DNA of 64,000 bases from Octopus sinensis (taxonomy: Eukaryota). A program made the position numbers and the translations under genes. The notes beneath the pieces are model-generated. The model searched no databases. It saw only the letters and a list, made by a program, of their open reading frames with translations, and was not told the origin of the DNA. Where the stretch lies: positions 4,402,001-4,466,000 of the forward strand of contig NC_043015.1 of assembly GCF_006345805.1 (NCBI RefSeq). The letters are read 5' to 3'. This document shows positions 13,038-27,655 of the stretch, piece by piece (positions within the stretch are counted from its first letter, which is position 1; each line of letters opens with the position of its first letter).

Positions 13038-13289
13038 TCACTCTCTTGTACTGCATCAGGTTATTTATTATTATTATCATATATATTTTTTCTTTCTTTT
13101 TTCAAATTTTCTTCCGTTTCTCACCGAATGTTTTCCGTACACCTCGGGCAAGGAAGCTCATTGTATGCATTCCAAGATTACACGCGTAAATTCACAGGTA
13201 AAAAATGACGTTAAAAATTTATAAATAAATAAATTCATGGATGGATGTTTTTTTTCACAGCGATAATGCTCTTCTCAATACATGAGCCG

Positions 13290-13290
<1 letters not shown>

Positions 13291-13334
<44 letters not shown>

Positions 13335-13352
13335 GTTATTATTATTATTATA

Positions 13353-13412
<60 letters not shown>

Positions 13413-13437
13413 ATTATTATTATTATTATTATTATTA
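13291..13437. repeat. (ATT)n microsatellite
   Basis: Direct observation. Confidence 0.98.
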
Positions 13438-13458
13438 TATTTGCTCCCACACTGCTAT

Positions 13459-14270
13459 AGGGAAGCATCTTCACTCGATGGGAAATTTTCAGATGTATGG
13501 AGCATGTCTTCCGCATGATTTAAGGGACAACAAAAATCAACGAGCCAAAATCTCCGCTGGGTTGCTTGCTCGTTACTACTCACCTCATGCACACAAGCAA
13601 CGATTTCTTTACCGAATCATTACTGGCGACGAATAATGGTGCATATATATCAATAGGAAGCAGCGTAAGGAATGGCTTAGCCGCGGTAAACGAGAGACAC
13701 CGCGCGTGAAAGATCTTCATCCGCGTAAAACGATATTGGGCATATTGTGGGACTGGGAAGGGATTATCCATTACGAATTACTTGAACGGAACCAAACAGT
13801 CAACGCGGGACTCTATGTTCAACAGATGGAACGACTGAACACGGCTGTTGAAGAGAAAATTCCTAATCGGCAGCATGGAGATCTTCTGCTGCACGACATC
13901 ACCTGCCCTCATATCGACTATATGACCAAGGAAGTGATTCAAACGCATGACTGGGAAGTGCTCCTACACTCACCGTACTCTCTGATTTGGCAGCAACCAA
14001 CTTCCACCTCTTTCGATCTTTTTCAAGTGCCATGCGCGGAGTTTCGTTTAAAACTGATGCAGAATTGTGAGCTCGGTTGGACTAATTTTTCGAGTCGGAC
14101 TCAACAGATTTCTACCAACGAGGTTTTGAGAATCTTGTTAAACGTTGGGAAAATGCTGTAAACAACAAGATTGAATACATTTTTGATTAATTAGATGTTA
14201 TTTTTTATTAAAGCTTTTACAAAATATAAATTTAAAAAAACCCAGAGGTAACTTAGTTGCCAACCCAATA
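13459..14270 (+). mobile_element. mariner (DD34D) transposon, 5'-truncated, transposase pseudogene
   Basis: LPHDL (WVPHEL-like), RIITGDE*W, LWDWEGIIHYELL..NQTVNA, LLLHD, HSPYS plus frameshifted PDLAP-type motif. The 3' TIR ...AACTTAGTTGCCAACCCAA-TA ends at 14270. Confidence 0.93.
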
Positions 14271-15129
14271 TGAAAGAGAAGATAGAGAAAGAAAGTTAGA
14301 AACAAATAGGCAGAGATACAGATAGTAAGATGAGTATCATTAATCTATAAATAGTTTCGCTGGAATTCACAGTGAATGAACGAAAATAAAGAATAAAGAG
14401 AATAGAAGAGAGGATTAAAATGAAAAATAAATAGTGTTGCTGTTTTGTTATTTGTTCTTTGATGGAGCTAATATCGGTCAGTCGAACTTGTTAGCGTGAC
14501 CATCATGAGGTCAAAATATGTGACACATGTAGCAGCCGGTATTGATTTGTACCAATTTCAATGTATGGAAGTCGAGAGCCATGACGAAGAACTGGCTAAA
14601 TGTAGTTCACTTGCTGTTAGAATTCATTTTCACGCTTAGATAAATAACGTAACTTAAATACAAGCCTCCTTTTTGTTGTTTACAGTATTTAATCTGTGTG
14701 TTTAGCAGTGCTATAAATGCTGTTGGAAGTGTTTTTGTAGTTTAAACCATGATCAAAATTGATTGACTTTCTTTGCTCCAAACTCTATTGATATTTGTGA
14801 TTACGAAAACAGAAATAAAGGAATATATACACCATTATACAATTTACAGCAGTTACCGAGTGTACAAATACACCCATTCTACGTTCAGCCTAACGGGTGT
14901 ATTTTATACTTTGTCAATAGTCTTGGATGTGTCACAAACGTTCGGTTTCACTTTACCGCTTCCGTAGTTGCGTAGCTAGTTAATGTTTAAACTGTTTGTA
15001 AAGCAACCGTCAACACTCCGGGAAAATACAGCTCAGCGGCTTTATGTCTGAGCTCATCTTTACCCCAATGTCACTTTGATTGTATAAGAAAACAACATCG
15101 GATGGTATGTAAAATATGCCACAGGAACG

Positions 15130-15760
15130 CTATTATTAGACGTAAGAAGGTCAGGCTTGTGGAGGATGAAAGATTCTAAAGGTAAAGCATTATACAAGCA
15201 ACTGAAAACGAATGAATCAGAAACTAGATGAGTAAAGAAAAGAATGCATGGACAATTTTATAGGGATGTTGAAAATAAGAGACACAGAAAAAAGACCGCT
15301 ATGAATGACTAGAAGTGATTTAAAACCGGAAACTGAGGTTCTAATCTTTGCTGCACAAGAGCAAGCACTATGAACAAACTACATAAAATACAGAATAGAC
15401 AACACATCAGAAAGTGGACAAAATTGCGAAATCGTATGGCACATTACCAGCCAACTTACGTCAGAAGCGCAGAAGGAATATAAGAGACGCCACGACAATA
15501 TAGCAAGGCTTGTTCATTGGACACTTTGCAACAAGTATGGACTTGACACAGAGAGAAATTGGTCCGATCACAAACCCGAACGCACCGTCGAAAAACGATA
15601 ATGCAAAGATCCTGTGACCATGAGATAAAAAAATAGGAAGCCATCGTCTTAATTGAGAAAGAAAGCAAACTATGCTGGATCAAAGATATAGCATGCCCAG
15701 CTGACAACAAAGTATGCGATAAGGAAGAAGGAGACATCTATAGATATGACATGTTAAGCA
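15130..15760 (+). pseudogene. Dong/R4 LINE C-terminal fragment
   Basis: RMHGQFYR, LKPETEVLIFAAQEQAL*TNYIK, YKRRHDNIARLVHWTLC.KYGL. Confidence 0.85.
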
Positions 15761-15859
15761 GTTGTGATCGATGAGTCATATTTCAAGTTGACTCCCTCTC
15801 TGATCCAACTCTGAAATGCACTAAATGACACAAGGTAAGGGTACAAAATTTATTGGACA

Positions 15860-17130
15860 AGAAACAATCTATTTTATATGGGAGAACGGAATTTGTTTGC
15901 TAGAAATGAAGAAGAGCTAGTAAGGTCTGCTAACAACTGTTAAAGAGTTTAGCAATGACATCGGGAAAGCTTTTTCTTTCATAAGTGTGCTAAAGCAACT
16001 TTTGTAAGAAGCAATCTCAAGCAAACAGCTTTCATTAAATTAGATACGGACCCTACCATGAAGAAGCCTGTCCCACAAGAAAATTAATAACGAAAAATAA
16101 CAAAAAAGATGGCATACACCATGCTACTATGAAGGACAAAATAAGAATGGAGTATTACAAGAGAATAAAACCCATTATAAAAACTGAACTCGACTTGAAA
16201 ACACGCATCGTAGCCATTAAAACCCTGGCTCTTCCAGTAGTTCAATAAAACTTTAACATCATTAACTGGAATCTTACAGATCTCCAGCGACTGGATAGGA
16301 AGACAAAATCACTACTAACATCTAAGAACATGCACCGCCTCAATGCAGACGTTGATCGTCTGTAACTACCTAGAAACAATGAAGAAATCTAATTGATGCA
16401 GGAAGAACTGTGCTATAAGAAATCCATGATAGCAATGAACAAGTACTTATCTAGCTCAAAGTTCTCGATGGTGTGTCTTATGTGTAAACACGAAAGCAGC
16501 AAAAAGTCACATTCTATTGTCAAGGAAGCTTGCAAATTTGCAAGGGAACTGGCATTAACACTGAAACAGATGGACAATCTAAAGCCACTGGAACAAAACT
16601 ATGAAAACGGACCGAAGATACTGCAAAAAAGACGAAGCAGAAACAAATTAAGGAGCGGTGGAGACAGAAGCTTCTGCATGGGCAGTATATACTTCGAAGT
16701 CGAAATGTTTATGTACACCAAACAAACAAAACATTAGTGGTTGAGAGGTTCAGGACTGGAAACACAGACTGAATTTTTTATGTGGTGACACAAGATCAAA
16801 GTTTGCTTACCAAAATCTACCATGCTCACGTTCTTCAAAATGGTTCTGATCCTAAATGCAGATTATGCGACACGTTTGACGAAATAATAGACAATCTCCT
16901 CTAGGGATATCTTGATCCTGTGTTGATACCAAATGAATACAACAATCGCCTCGATTGTTAGGACAGTTTTTATATTAGAAAATATGTAAAAAGCGCTATG
17001 TAATCAGCGCTCCTACGTAATGCTATGAACGTCATCCTGAAGCAGTCATTGAAGGTTAAAATGTCACTATCCTCTGGGATTTTCCAGTCAACATTAACAG
17101 AAAGAGCCAGGCTAATTGACCATACTATCG
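15860..17130 (+). pseudogene. Dong/R4 LINE fragment, RT C-terminus to zinc knuckle
   Basis: KCAKATF, MKDKIRMEYYKRIK.IIKTEL...AIKTLALPVV..FNIINW...LDRKTK, MH..ADVDRL*LPR, WLRGSGLETQTE, QDQSLLTK, DPKCRLC. Confidence 0.88.
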
Positions 17131-17199
17131 TTGCTGTTGCTGCTACTGCTTTTGCTGCTTGTGTAGTCGTTCTAATTAAAACATTAGGGGAGTATGCTA

Positions 17200-17530
17200 A
17201 ATTCTTAGCACGCTAGAGAAAATAATTTGCAGCATTTCATTTGTCTCAATGTTCCGAGTTCACATGCTGCAAAGGATGGCTTTGCTTTTCATTCATTCGG
17301 GTTTGATATAATTAGAACCGGTCAGGCAGTGATGCAGTTATCCTGGACCCAAAATTATAGGCCTTGTGCATATATTAGGAAGTGGTAATCTTAAATAAGA
17401 CACTATGGTGGCAGAATCCTTACCACATCGGATAAAAGAATTAGCGGCATTTATCATCTTATTTCAAATCCTGCTGATATCAATTTTGCTTATCATCTCT
17501 TCATTTCGATACAATATGTACCAGTTTGGC
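17200..17530 (+). mobile_element. Two degenerate family-M SINE copies
   Basis: GTTCCGAGTTCA...CTTTGCTTTTCATTCATTCGGG and GGCAGAATC..TAGCGGCATTT.. similar to 35417-35540. Confidence 0.55.
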
Positions 17531-18215
17531 ATTGGTGCCAAAGAAATAGGTTTCACCACACATACAATGATCTTGTCTTCTTCCAAGAATAAGTAAACAG
17601 CATTAAAACTGTTAAACGATATCATTTCATAGGATTGTACGTATTTCTAACAACATAACACAAACTGATCTACATATACCTCTATTTATTCGTTGAATAC
17701 ACTTAGGTACTGCACTAAAAAGAAATGAAAATTCTTGAGCGCCGTCACTTGACTATGTATTTCCTTCATCGAGGTACTTTCTTCTTTCCAGCACAACGTT
17801 ATATTGTGCTTCCCTTTTTGATATTCAATATACGTATATATTTACTGCATTCTCGCATTATAGATATAGCTTTGTATACATATAACAAAAAGTCTCCTTT
17901 TAGATATTCATACGACGCAAACATTTAAAATGTATACTAGAAGGCAATATTCTTGTCGCGGATTCCATTTTCTTTAACGGAGATGTAGTCTTCTAAAGTT
18001 CTTTATTTATTTCCCTTCACTGAGATATACTTGTATATTCATGTGCCTACACTTTATGTATATCAAATAAAACTATTTAGCATTGCAAATAACAAACTTC
18101 AATTGGATATTAGTTCTTAGCGTAACTATTCTCAAAGGGATTTTACATACATATACATACACACACACACACTCACACACACATATATATATATTTATAT
18201 ATATATATATATATT

Positions 18216-18268
<53 letters not shown>

Positions 18269-19763
18269 TTATATATATACATACATTTATATATATATAT
18301 ATAATAAACATATCGTATATATATAGTAAGTATGTATATAATATGATTCATATTATTACAATTTTCTTCCCTTTCATATGAATTATATATGAGAATATTC
18401 AGTTAGCAATTCCTGGAAGTTAAGTGCCTTTTCTGAAAATGGTCTACTGAGATTTTATTTTACTTTAAACTTAACAGATTTATATTGTTACAGATGAAAG
18501 TTTTAAAGAGTTATAAATAATTTTAATAAAAGTATATCTTCGGTACGGCAATGCTAACGGAATAATATGATAATTTTAGTGTAGTTTCAATGGCCAAAAA
18601 AAGAACAGTAATAAAAAACCCAATACATGTCAGAAATAAAAAGAAATATATAGTAAATTATTCCCTAAAGTATTTGCATCTAAGTTGAGCGCTACTTCTC
18701 TAAAGAGATATATTCATTTACGTTAAACGTTACTAAATATTTAAACTTGGAAATTCTAGGAAATTGAAATAATTGTACACTTATATTTGAAGGCACTGAA
18801 TTGGAATATTATAGTGTGGGTTTGATATTTTTGAGAGAATTTCGAAAATCATGTTACTTTAAAATGGTTGTTCTCTAGTAAGATTATATTGTTTTGGAGT
18901 TGGTCTTAGACGAAAAGATTTAGAATAATGTAGTTAGATTGTTGGATAGTTATACACACACACAAATACCCCCCCCCCCCATATATATATATATATATAT
19001 AATTTCGGGAGGAAAAAGAGAGAAATGAAAAATAATTTTTGTATTTGAATTGGTCAAGGGTGTGTGTATATGTGTATATATATAATTGCTGTGTGGGCGA
19101 ATGTTTCTGGAATTTCAATCAGAAAAAGTTGTCCTCATCCATACTACTATCCTTTAAAGAACATAAGTCCTAAAAATGCGTTTATAATATTTACTGAAGA
19201 AAAAGCCCAAAACAATATTTGTTTTTTCAATAAAAACATTCAGCAATTCGAATTCCAAAATTATTTTTCCTTTCTCTTCTTTTGTTTCGCCCCACCTTAA
19301 AAGCCACTATGTACTAGACAAAGAAGTCTGACTATACAAAAGCCAGGCCTCTTTACCTCTCCCTACTTCTAAAAAAAATGTTATCTTCTTTCTTGTCCCT
19401 TGGCAAGCCCCAGAGAATTCTGTACAAATGTCCAAGAAATCTAAATTTGAACCATTTCTTGATAAATCCGATAACGGAAGAAAAAATAGAAATAAAATTA
19501 CATATATATTTATTATCTAACAATCTGAATACCTTATTATTCTAAATTTACGATATCTGTACAACACTTCAAACACTCTTTCCATCTCTCTTTCTCTCAT
19601 TCACACCCACACCCACCCACATACTATCTCTCTAGGTACATATGTATGTATATATATATATATATATATGTACCGTCTTTTAGAAAAAAAAATCCGAAGA
19701 CGCACTCTCCAAAGAGTAGAGTAGACCATATTAATTATTGGTAAATATCTGTTTATATGATCA

Positions 19764-19812
19764 CCCTGGGTTTCTCGCCATAATGGGTACATTTTTGGCG
19801 AGAAACCCCGGG
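19764..19812. repeat. 17-bp inverted repeat hairpin
   Basis: CCCTGGGTTTCTCGCCA ... TGGCGAGAAACCCCGGG. Confidence 0.8.
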
Positions 19813-20081
19813 TAACCCTATAAACCAGCCTCGGCCTTCACCAGCAATTAATATATATTTTTTTTGTCTTACATGTCTTGAGTTCGTTGCACTGAAGAGC
19901 ATAGAATGCATATTCTGCATTGATTGCGAAATCACAGGTGATATGTAACTAAATTCTGTTTTTAAATGACTTGCTTTGAAGTTTTGCATTCGGTAAAATT
20001 TGTTTATTTTAGTAGTTTTGACTGCAAAGGTCCCTCCTAGCTTGCGGTACCTATGAATAATAGTACCCTCTATATAATATA

Positions 20082-20128
<47 letters not shown>

Positions 20129-20225
20129 TATATATGTATATATATATATATATGTATATACATATACATATATATATATGTATTATATATATTTATATAT
20201 ATATTTATATATGTATATATATATA

Positions 20226-20288
<63 letters not shown>

Positions 20289-20570
20289 GTTAATCCAAAC
20301 ATGAAAACACAATGACGAAACACAACAACGCGAGAATGTGGAATATGTATAGTGTTATTGCACGCTTAGGAAAGGAAAGCAAGAAGGAGAATTTAACTTT
20401 TCCAGCAGAGCTCTTCGTCAGAAACATAGGAAAAACAAGATCCAAGGAAGGGAAGACGGAGGGAAAAATCGCTAACGATACACATGCGGACACATATTGA
20501 AGGACCGGAAGGGAATGGGTGAATAAGTACTTTCAAACGCAGGAGAATGCAAGAAAAGGAGGCATGTGTC
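20289..20570 (-). mobile_element. (TA)n-anchored repeat fragment with hammerhead-like motif at 20391-20425
   Basis: Minus strand: UUU CUGACGA A GAGC-UCU-GCUG GAAAA GUU AAA, two substitutions from the 8637-type architecture. Confidence 0.55.
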
Positions 20571-20702
20571 TGTATGTGTGGTTACGTGCGTGCGCGTAAG
20601 TCTGTGTGTTTGTGTGTGTGTGTGTAATGATAGCACGTGTGTCTGTGTGTGTGTGGTTGTGGCTGTTAATCTATGTGTGTGATTGGGCTTAGTATCGTTT
20701 AA

Positions 20703-20920
20703 CCCTTTAGCACTCAGATTACTCTGTCAAATGTAAAGCCCATTTAATCACATTGTTTAAAATTAATTGTACAACATCTTGTAACTGAGATTATGATGAT
20801 GTCCCTGTTTATTTTTAAAATGACTTTGTAGGTTAGGTGTGAGAGGTCAGAGCTGGCTGGTTTGTGCATAAAACAGGAAGATAATTTTGGCCTGATATGG
20901 CAGGTTTAAACACTAAAAGG
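20703..20920. mobile_element. piggyBac-type MITE
   Basis: TTAA|CCCTTTAG ... CTAAAAGG|TTAA: short imperfect TIRs and TTAA target duplication (20699-20702, 20921-20924). Confidence 0.8.
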
Positions 20921-21301
20921 TTAAGGTCATAGTGAGAATGATAGTAGGAGTCGCTCCAGTTGTGTCTCCACCTAACCATGTGGGAAGATGAATTGTCAGT
21001 GAATGATACTGGTAGTTTGAAGTATGTATGTGTACGTGTATGTATGAGTGCGTGCTGTGTGTATATGTCCGCATGTTTGTGTGTGTCTGTGTCTGTGTCT
21101 ATATGTGTATGCATATGTGCGTGTGTGTTTGTGTGTGGAGCGTTGTGGGGTTTGTGTAGGCGTAGTGTGCGCACCTGTGGGTATGTACGTATGTTTGTGC
21201 CCATGTGTGTGTGCGTATATGTACGTTTGTACATGTGTATGTATATATATATATATACATATATATATGCATATATATATATATGTGTGTATATATATAT
21301 T

Positions 21302-21366
<65 letters not shown>

Positions 21367-21970
21367 ACTTGCATTCCAAGCCTTTTCCCTTTCCCTTCAT
21401 GCACTTCCACTTCTCTCTGTCGCTCCCTTTCTCTACTGTCATTTTCCTCTGCCTACCGTTATTACCTGACCAGCGGCCAGTTTCTATTTTATTTACTTAG
21501 CTGACCACTTGTAAATTCTATCTCTCCGTTCTCCGTCGTTCAAAATATTTGGGAAGAATTACCCACTATTCTCTTCTTTTTGGCCTCGAGGACCTAACTT
21601 GTTCGATTATTTGTCCCCGTCCAACGTCCTAAACACACTCTGTGTCGTTTTGCTTGTTTTGTTTGCTCTTGTTCAAAATTCTACGCAAGAAAACTTCCTT
21701 TAGTGTGCACTGACAATTAAGAAGCATTCAGTCATATCGTTGAAGGTGCGAAATTGAAGGGCACCTATAGTCGATAACTGATGAATAATTACGGATATTC
21801 TCTATGTCTACGAATTGTTTTTGCCCTCAGTATACGTTATGTCGGTTGTTTATACATTTTTCACTTACATGTACATATTTTGTTATTGATGTGAAATCCT
21901 TAAAAAATATACCACGACGTCTACACATTTCTAACCTTGAACTCTCAACTTTGAACTTGTTCGCATAAAC

Positions 21971-22109
21971 TGTATCTTTCTGTTGAAGAGCGTAGGCTCG
22001 AAACGTTAAAGACTTGTTTTATTTATATTTCCTGAGCGCCATACTAATACAATTGTTTGTTTGTTTTCCACCTGTCTTCGTCTTTTGTCTATTTTCATAA
22101 AGCTTCCCG

Positions 22110-22111
<2 letters not shown>
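21971..22111 (+). mobile_element. Copy of the 8633-8773 repeat; hammerhead-like motif at 21975-22012
   Basis: Sequence identity with 8633-8773. Confidence 0.9.
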
Positions 22112-22156
<45 letters not shown>

Positions 22157-22339
22157 GATACATATATAAATAGTTATCTTTCATTTTATATGTCTTTTCA
22201 TTATGACACTTGACTATGTGTGCGTATGTAAGCTTGTGTACTGCAATGGAAAGAGAGGGAGAGGGAGGGATAGAAAATGAGAGGCCGATAAATATATAGA
22301 TATGTTACATATGTATAAATGAATAATGAAATGTTACTG

Positions 22340-22608
22340 ATGCTGTAGGAAGGGCAAATATATATGAATCCTGATGAGGATGACCGTTTCGAGGATCGAC
22401 CAGGCTAGTTCGTCAAATTTTTGCCTCAAAAAGCAAAAAGCAAGGCAATGTAGTGGGACATGGAGTTATGTACAGGGTGGTGTCTATGCAATGAGTTCAG
22501 GCCATTTCTGGTCAAGAGAGACTTTGAACCGAGCGGTCGTCGGCATCTTCACTATCTCGTCCGGCAGCTTATTCCACGGATTCGCAACCCGGACGGACAA
22601 AGCCCCTC
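22340..22608 (-). mobile_element. CR1-like LINE 3' end
   Basis: Minus translation ALSVRVANPWNKLPDEIVKMPTTARFKVSLDQKW: the conserved FS.RV...WN.LP..V.....FK..LD ORF2 C-terminus, followed by a 3' UTR. Confidence 0.8.
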
Positions 22609-22782
22609 CTCACCTATCAGAATATCTATACATTTGTCCCTTTTCCTACAGTATTAAGAGTATTTTAACTGTTATTTCTAGCAATGTCAGTGCTTCGGCA
22701 CATCTAGTCACAGTTAATTACGATAGTACTTTTCATTTATTTTGTTACATTGCGCGTGACTGTTTATATTAATTTTTATTAT

Positions 22783-22821
<39 letters not shown>

Positions 22822-22849
22822 TGTACATACGCATATATACGTATAAATT

Positions 22850-22903
<54 letters not shown>

Positions 22904-23491
22904 TGTATGTATGGATGTGTATTTATGTATATATATTTGAATGTATGCATGTATATGCGTATTTTTCGAGTGCGCCAATGTGTGTCTAGCATATTCTGAG
23001 TTCTTTTAGGTTCATTATGAAATTTAGAATGTTATTAGTGGTTATTTTCAAATTTCATTGCCCGTTGTTTGTAATTCTAATTCCCACTATTAGAATTTTC
23101 ATTTCTAACTGGAAATCACTTAAATTATATTATCTTGTGTGTTCAAACAGAAACAAATTAATCCTGAGGTAATGATAGTGGCTAATTTAAAGGCACGTAA
23201 TTATTCAAGCTTTTCATTTATTTCCTAATTTTACACATCCATCAATACCGATACCCTCAACGTTAAGGAGTATTAATTAGCAAACAACTTTGTTTCACAT
23301 TGGTTGAAAATATTGATGGGCTGATTCTAGAGTAATTATTCTCTGCTGTCTAAGGGCTGTTGTCCTATTTCTTTATTTATGTACATTATATCATTATTTG
23401 CGATCATTAGCACTGCGAATGTCATTATTTGTATAGTATAAATCAGATAACGAGAATGATATATGTTGTAAAAATATCACGCAGGTTTTGA

Positions 23492-23690
23492 AGGCGGCGA
23501 GCTGGCAGAAACGTTATTACGCCCGATGAAATGCTTAACGTTCTTAGTTCAAAATCCGCCGAGGTCTACGTTTTCCTCTTGGGGTCGGTAAATTACGTAC
23601 CAGTTGCATACAGGCGTCGGTCAAATTGATTGCCACCCCCACCAAAAACAGAAAAATAAAATTCAGGCCTTGTTCCTAGAGTAGAAAAAA
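23492..23690 (+). mobile_element. Family-M SINE
   Basis: GGCGGCGAGCTGGCAGAAACGTTA...GTTCAAAATCCGCCGAGGTC..GGGGTCGGTAAATTA.GTACCAG. Confidence 0.85.
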
Positions 23691-25014
23691 TATCACACAG
23701 GTTTTCTACGAAGACAATGATTGTATTCCAGCTTTCGATGCTTTCGTTTATTGTCAATAAAGATGTACATTGCTTGACTGCAAACAAATTAACTCATATA
23801 TAATTTTGTATTACCATATTACATTCACTTAATGATTTTGAAATCTGGTTAAAGTAAATTACACAATTCAACTTTTTACGCACGAAAAAAGACCTCAATT
23901 TGAAGAAATTTCTTCTAAAATATAAGTGTCGTAAGAAGTGCAAAAATATACAAATCTAAATATACCGAAAAGAAATTATGTCTTATTGAGATAGTGACAA
24001 AGATAGTAAACTAGTCACACGTCCTTAAAATGGACTTAATGTAATGACGTTACACGCGTTATAATTTTGTTGCTTGACGAAAAATTGGGTATTTGGAATA
24101 AGAGAGAGAGAGAGACAGGGGCAGTCAAAAGAGACAGAGACAGACAGACACATACACTGGGATGCAGACAGACAGAGAGTTTTTGGTGGGTTGTTTGAAA
24201 CAATCTTTGTGTTGTTATCTTCAATATTTTACGAGATAATGTTTTGCAATACAAAAACCAAAAAAAAAAGAAAAAAAAGAGATTATCAATGAGTTAAAAG
24301 CTTATATACACATAATATATTTCGATGAATATATAATAGACATACATTTGTACGTGAAGTCTATCAGTATTATAAACTACACAAGTTTAAATGCAATTAT
24401 ATCGCAAAGAAAAACTAAAATAATATCATTCATATTTACTCATCGATGATTTTATTTTTGATAGGTAGATTTTAGTCGATGCATGAATCAGAGTTTAATA
24501 TAATATTCCAAGTGTTCTTTGATGTCTACGTTAATGCTATTTGTTTGACGTATTGATCTAATGCTTCATTACATAATCATGTACTCGATGACAAAAACAG
24601 CTTCAATAGAGACATATATTGGCCTAATGTATTTACCATTTTTACTAGGCATTTGTATGCTTGCTGTGATTGTTACGCATTACTGTCAATTAATTCTCCA
24701 TTCCTTTCATATATTACTGATTAAATCATCCCGTAATTACTAATCAACGATCACTTTCTCTTTGACATCTTTATACAGATCTCGACATTTTTGTTTGTTG
24801 TAAACGAAGTTAAAAACGCAGATTTGTGTTGTGATGTTAGATGTTGTTCAATCATTATATTGAGAAATACTTGTATCAATGTTAACTATGAAATATCACA
24901 TTTTCTTTTCCTATGTAACTAAAATTGTTTATATCTATGTGAGACCGCTTTTTTCGTGGAGGTTCAACTTTACATGGAAATCAGGTGGGCAGATGGTTTC
25001 TAGAATTTTAGAGT

Positions 25015-25230
25015 CTTATTTTCATTTTTTTCTCAGTAACTTGACGACGGCTGTGCTCGAGATATTAGTTGAACAAATCGACCCAAGGACATATTCTTTG
25101 TAAGCCTAGTGCTTATTCTATCGGTCACCTAACCCAAACCGTTGATGTACACTGAAATAAACACACCGACGTCGGTTGTCCAGCTACGGTGGGTGTACAA
25201 AGAGTTACGCAAATACATAAATATATATAA

Positions 25231-25296
<66 letters not shown>

Positions 25297-25483
25297 ATAT
25301 ATATATAATATGTGTGTGTGTATGACAGGTTTCTTTCAGTTTCAGTCTACCAAATCCACTCACTATACCCTGGGATCGAGGCTATACTAGAAGACACCTG
25401 CCTGAAATGAAACACAGTAATATTGAAACCAGAACCCTCTGATTGGTAAGCAAGCTTCTTACCAGAAAGTCATGCCTGCGCCT
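25015..25483 (-). mobile_element. SINE family K, degenerate full-length
   Basis: Colinear with the reverse complement of 55203-55595. Confidence 0.8.
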
Positions 25484-25496
25484 ATACTCTACATAG

Positions 25497-25600
25497 CCTT
25501 GTCGTTTATCATAGATCATTATATCAGGTCTATTGTGTTTCACTTTCATTGAGGATTTGACTAGTACATTCCAGTAGTATTCCTTTTGGTATTCTACCAT
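25497..25600 (-). pseudogene. Dong/R4 LINE endonuclease fragment
   Basis: YWNVLVKSSMKVKHNRPDIMIYDK (RLE N.PD motif). Confidence 0.65.
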
Positions 25601-25760
25601 TATCTAAGTTCTTATTTCTTTCCCATCAGGATTATCCTTTCGACGGAACTCATTAGCTACAAAATCCTGTCTCATCGGCAGACAACACCGTGATGAAATT
25701 TCCGGATAATTTGAACTCCACCAACTCTGCATAGATTATCACATTTTGCTGCATTTCCAG

Positions 25761-25785
25761 CGTCTCTGTCCCTTTTGTGCATCAG
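25761..25785 (+). other. Candidate 25-nt micro-exon
   Basis: TTTTGCTGCATTTCCAG| ... CAG|GTATGT splice-like boundaries in unique sequence; no other support. Confidence 0.25.
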
Positions 25786-27655
25786 GTATGTATGAATGTA
25801 TGCATGTATCGGACTATCTATCTGTTTATGTATTTAGCTATCTATATGTGTATCTAATTCCCTCTTTATTTATCTATATATCTACGTATATATGTATGTA
25901 TATATATGTGTGTGTGTGTGTGTCTTCGCATGTATGCATGTATATATGTATGTATATTACGTTTTAGTTTGCAATAACTGCGTTGTCTGTTGATAATCAT
26001 ATTCCATATGGTATAAATCTGTTGTTTTCGCCTGCCATGCATAACATTTTGTGATATCTGAAACAAATCATTACTATAGCCTTTTGATGCATTATTTTAA
26101 ATATTTTAGGGATTCCATACATTTTGCACCACGCTCTCTTGTGTATGATAGATGAAACCGCTTTATTCCATATGGTTATATTTTCAGAATTTCTATTTCG
26201 AATTTACCAAGTATACGAGCAGAAGAAATGTGAAAATTTCAGTTATATACCTTTAGGGTTGGAACAGAAGTAATCAGGCGCATAAAAAATTCGAGCGAAA
26301 GAAATCAAATTTAAATTATAGAGATTAGGTCAAAGAAACAACTGTAATGTACTATGGAAGACAAAATGCATAATGTAAAATGTAACAACAAGTTGCAATA
26401 TATCGTAACTATCAATTATTTACACTTCATAGAGGGATTTACTTGCGACGGATACAAAGGAAATAAGATGAATCGCTATGAATGGTATTGTATCGATGTA
26501 TGACAAACTAATATTTTATTAATTCTTTAATTATATACCTGAATTTTAGAGAACGGTTTTATGTACTTATGGGCAGAATTAAGAAATTTTATAAATCGAT
26601 ATTGAATTATTTGTAAAATTTTGGCCACAAAATACTCATTATAGTTTTGTGTCATATCACGTTTTGCCAACAATAGCTACATTCATTCTCTAATATTCTG
26701 CGTTTCTTTAGAATCAAAATAGATTCAATGCAAGTAGGAGTTATTAGAAGTATTGAAAAATATATTTTCTGAAGGCTATCACTTATATATATATATATAT
26801 ATATCTAAATATATATGCAGTGATAAATGTCGTATAAATGTCGTGTAAATGTAGTTATGTATATATATATATATATTGTTTCAGCTGATGTTCAGATTTT
26901 ATATTTTAAGATAGAGAGAATTGCAGGGAGAGAGAATTGAATAGAGAGGGAGAAAGAGGAAGAGAAAGAGAAGGACGGATGCTTTTAAATACAATGAATA
27001 ATCAAAATTATTCATTGAATTGTAATTAAACTTGAACAAGCTGACCACATCGATACGCTGCTACTGAAAATAATTCTCGTGTTTTCCTTTCTTTTCCTGT
27101 CCTCTCTTATCCTTGTATTTCCTTTTCTCTTTCTTTCTCGCCCTCCTGCCTGTCTTTCTTCTTCCCTTTCTTTAAGATGCAAAATTGACATCATGAATTG
27201 TCATTGTTTCGCCCCCTGTGAAAAAACCATTGACGGTAGATCATCCCCAAATACAAAAGCCAACTCGCAGAAGAAAGAAAAATATGACCCACATTCTCTC
27301 TTTCTTTCTCTCGTTTCCTCTTCCTCCTTCCATTCATTTATTGATTCATTCATTCGTTCTTTCTTTCTTTCTTTCTTCTTTCTTTTTATTTCTCTATTTA
27401 CTTATCTATTTGTCTTTTCCTTTCATTTTCTTTTCTTTTCTCTTTCTATCGTCTTTTTATTTCTGTCTTCGTCTCTTTATTTTTTCTTTCCTTCCTTGCC
27501 TCTTTTCATTTTCTCTCTTCCTACAACCACACATATATGGATAAGGAGACAAAACTTCCTCTCCAGTTCTGTATAACAGATAAAAAAAATTATATTAAAA
27601 TTTTACGATTCAATATAAAAAAAAATACCGTACTTATTCTGTAGCGTGCCAATAG

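Noticed and set aside
22372-22405. CCTGATGAG hammerhead core
   Set aside because: No downstream GAAA box in register; it lies in a LINE 3' UTR
27079-27576. 165-aa Phe/Leu/Ser-rich ORF
   Set aside because: Translation of a polypyrimidine low-complexity tract
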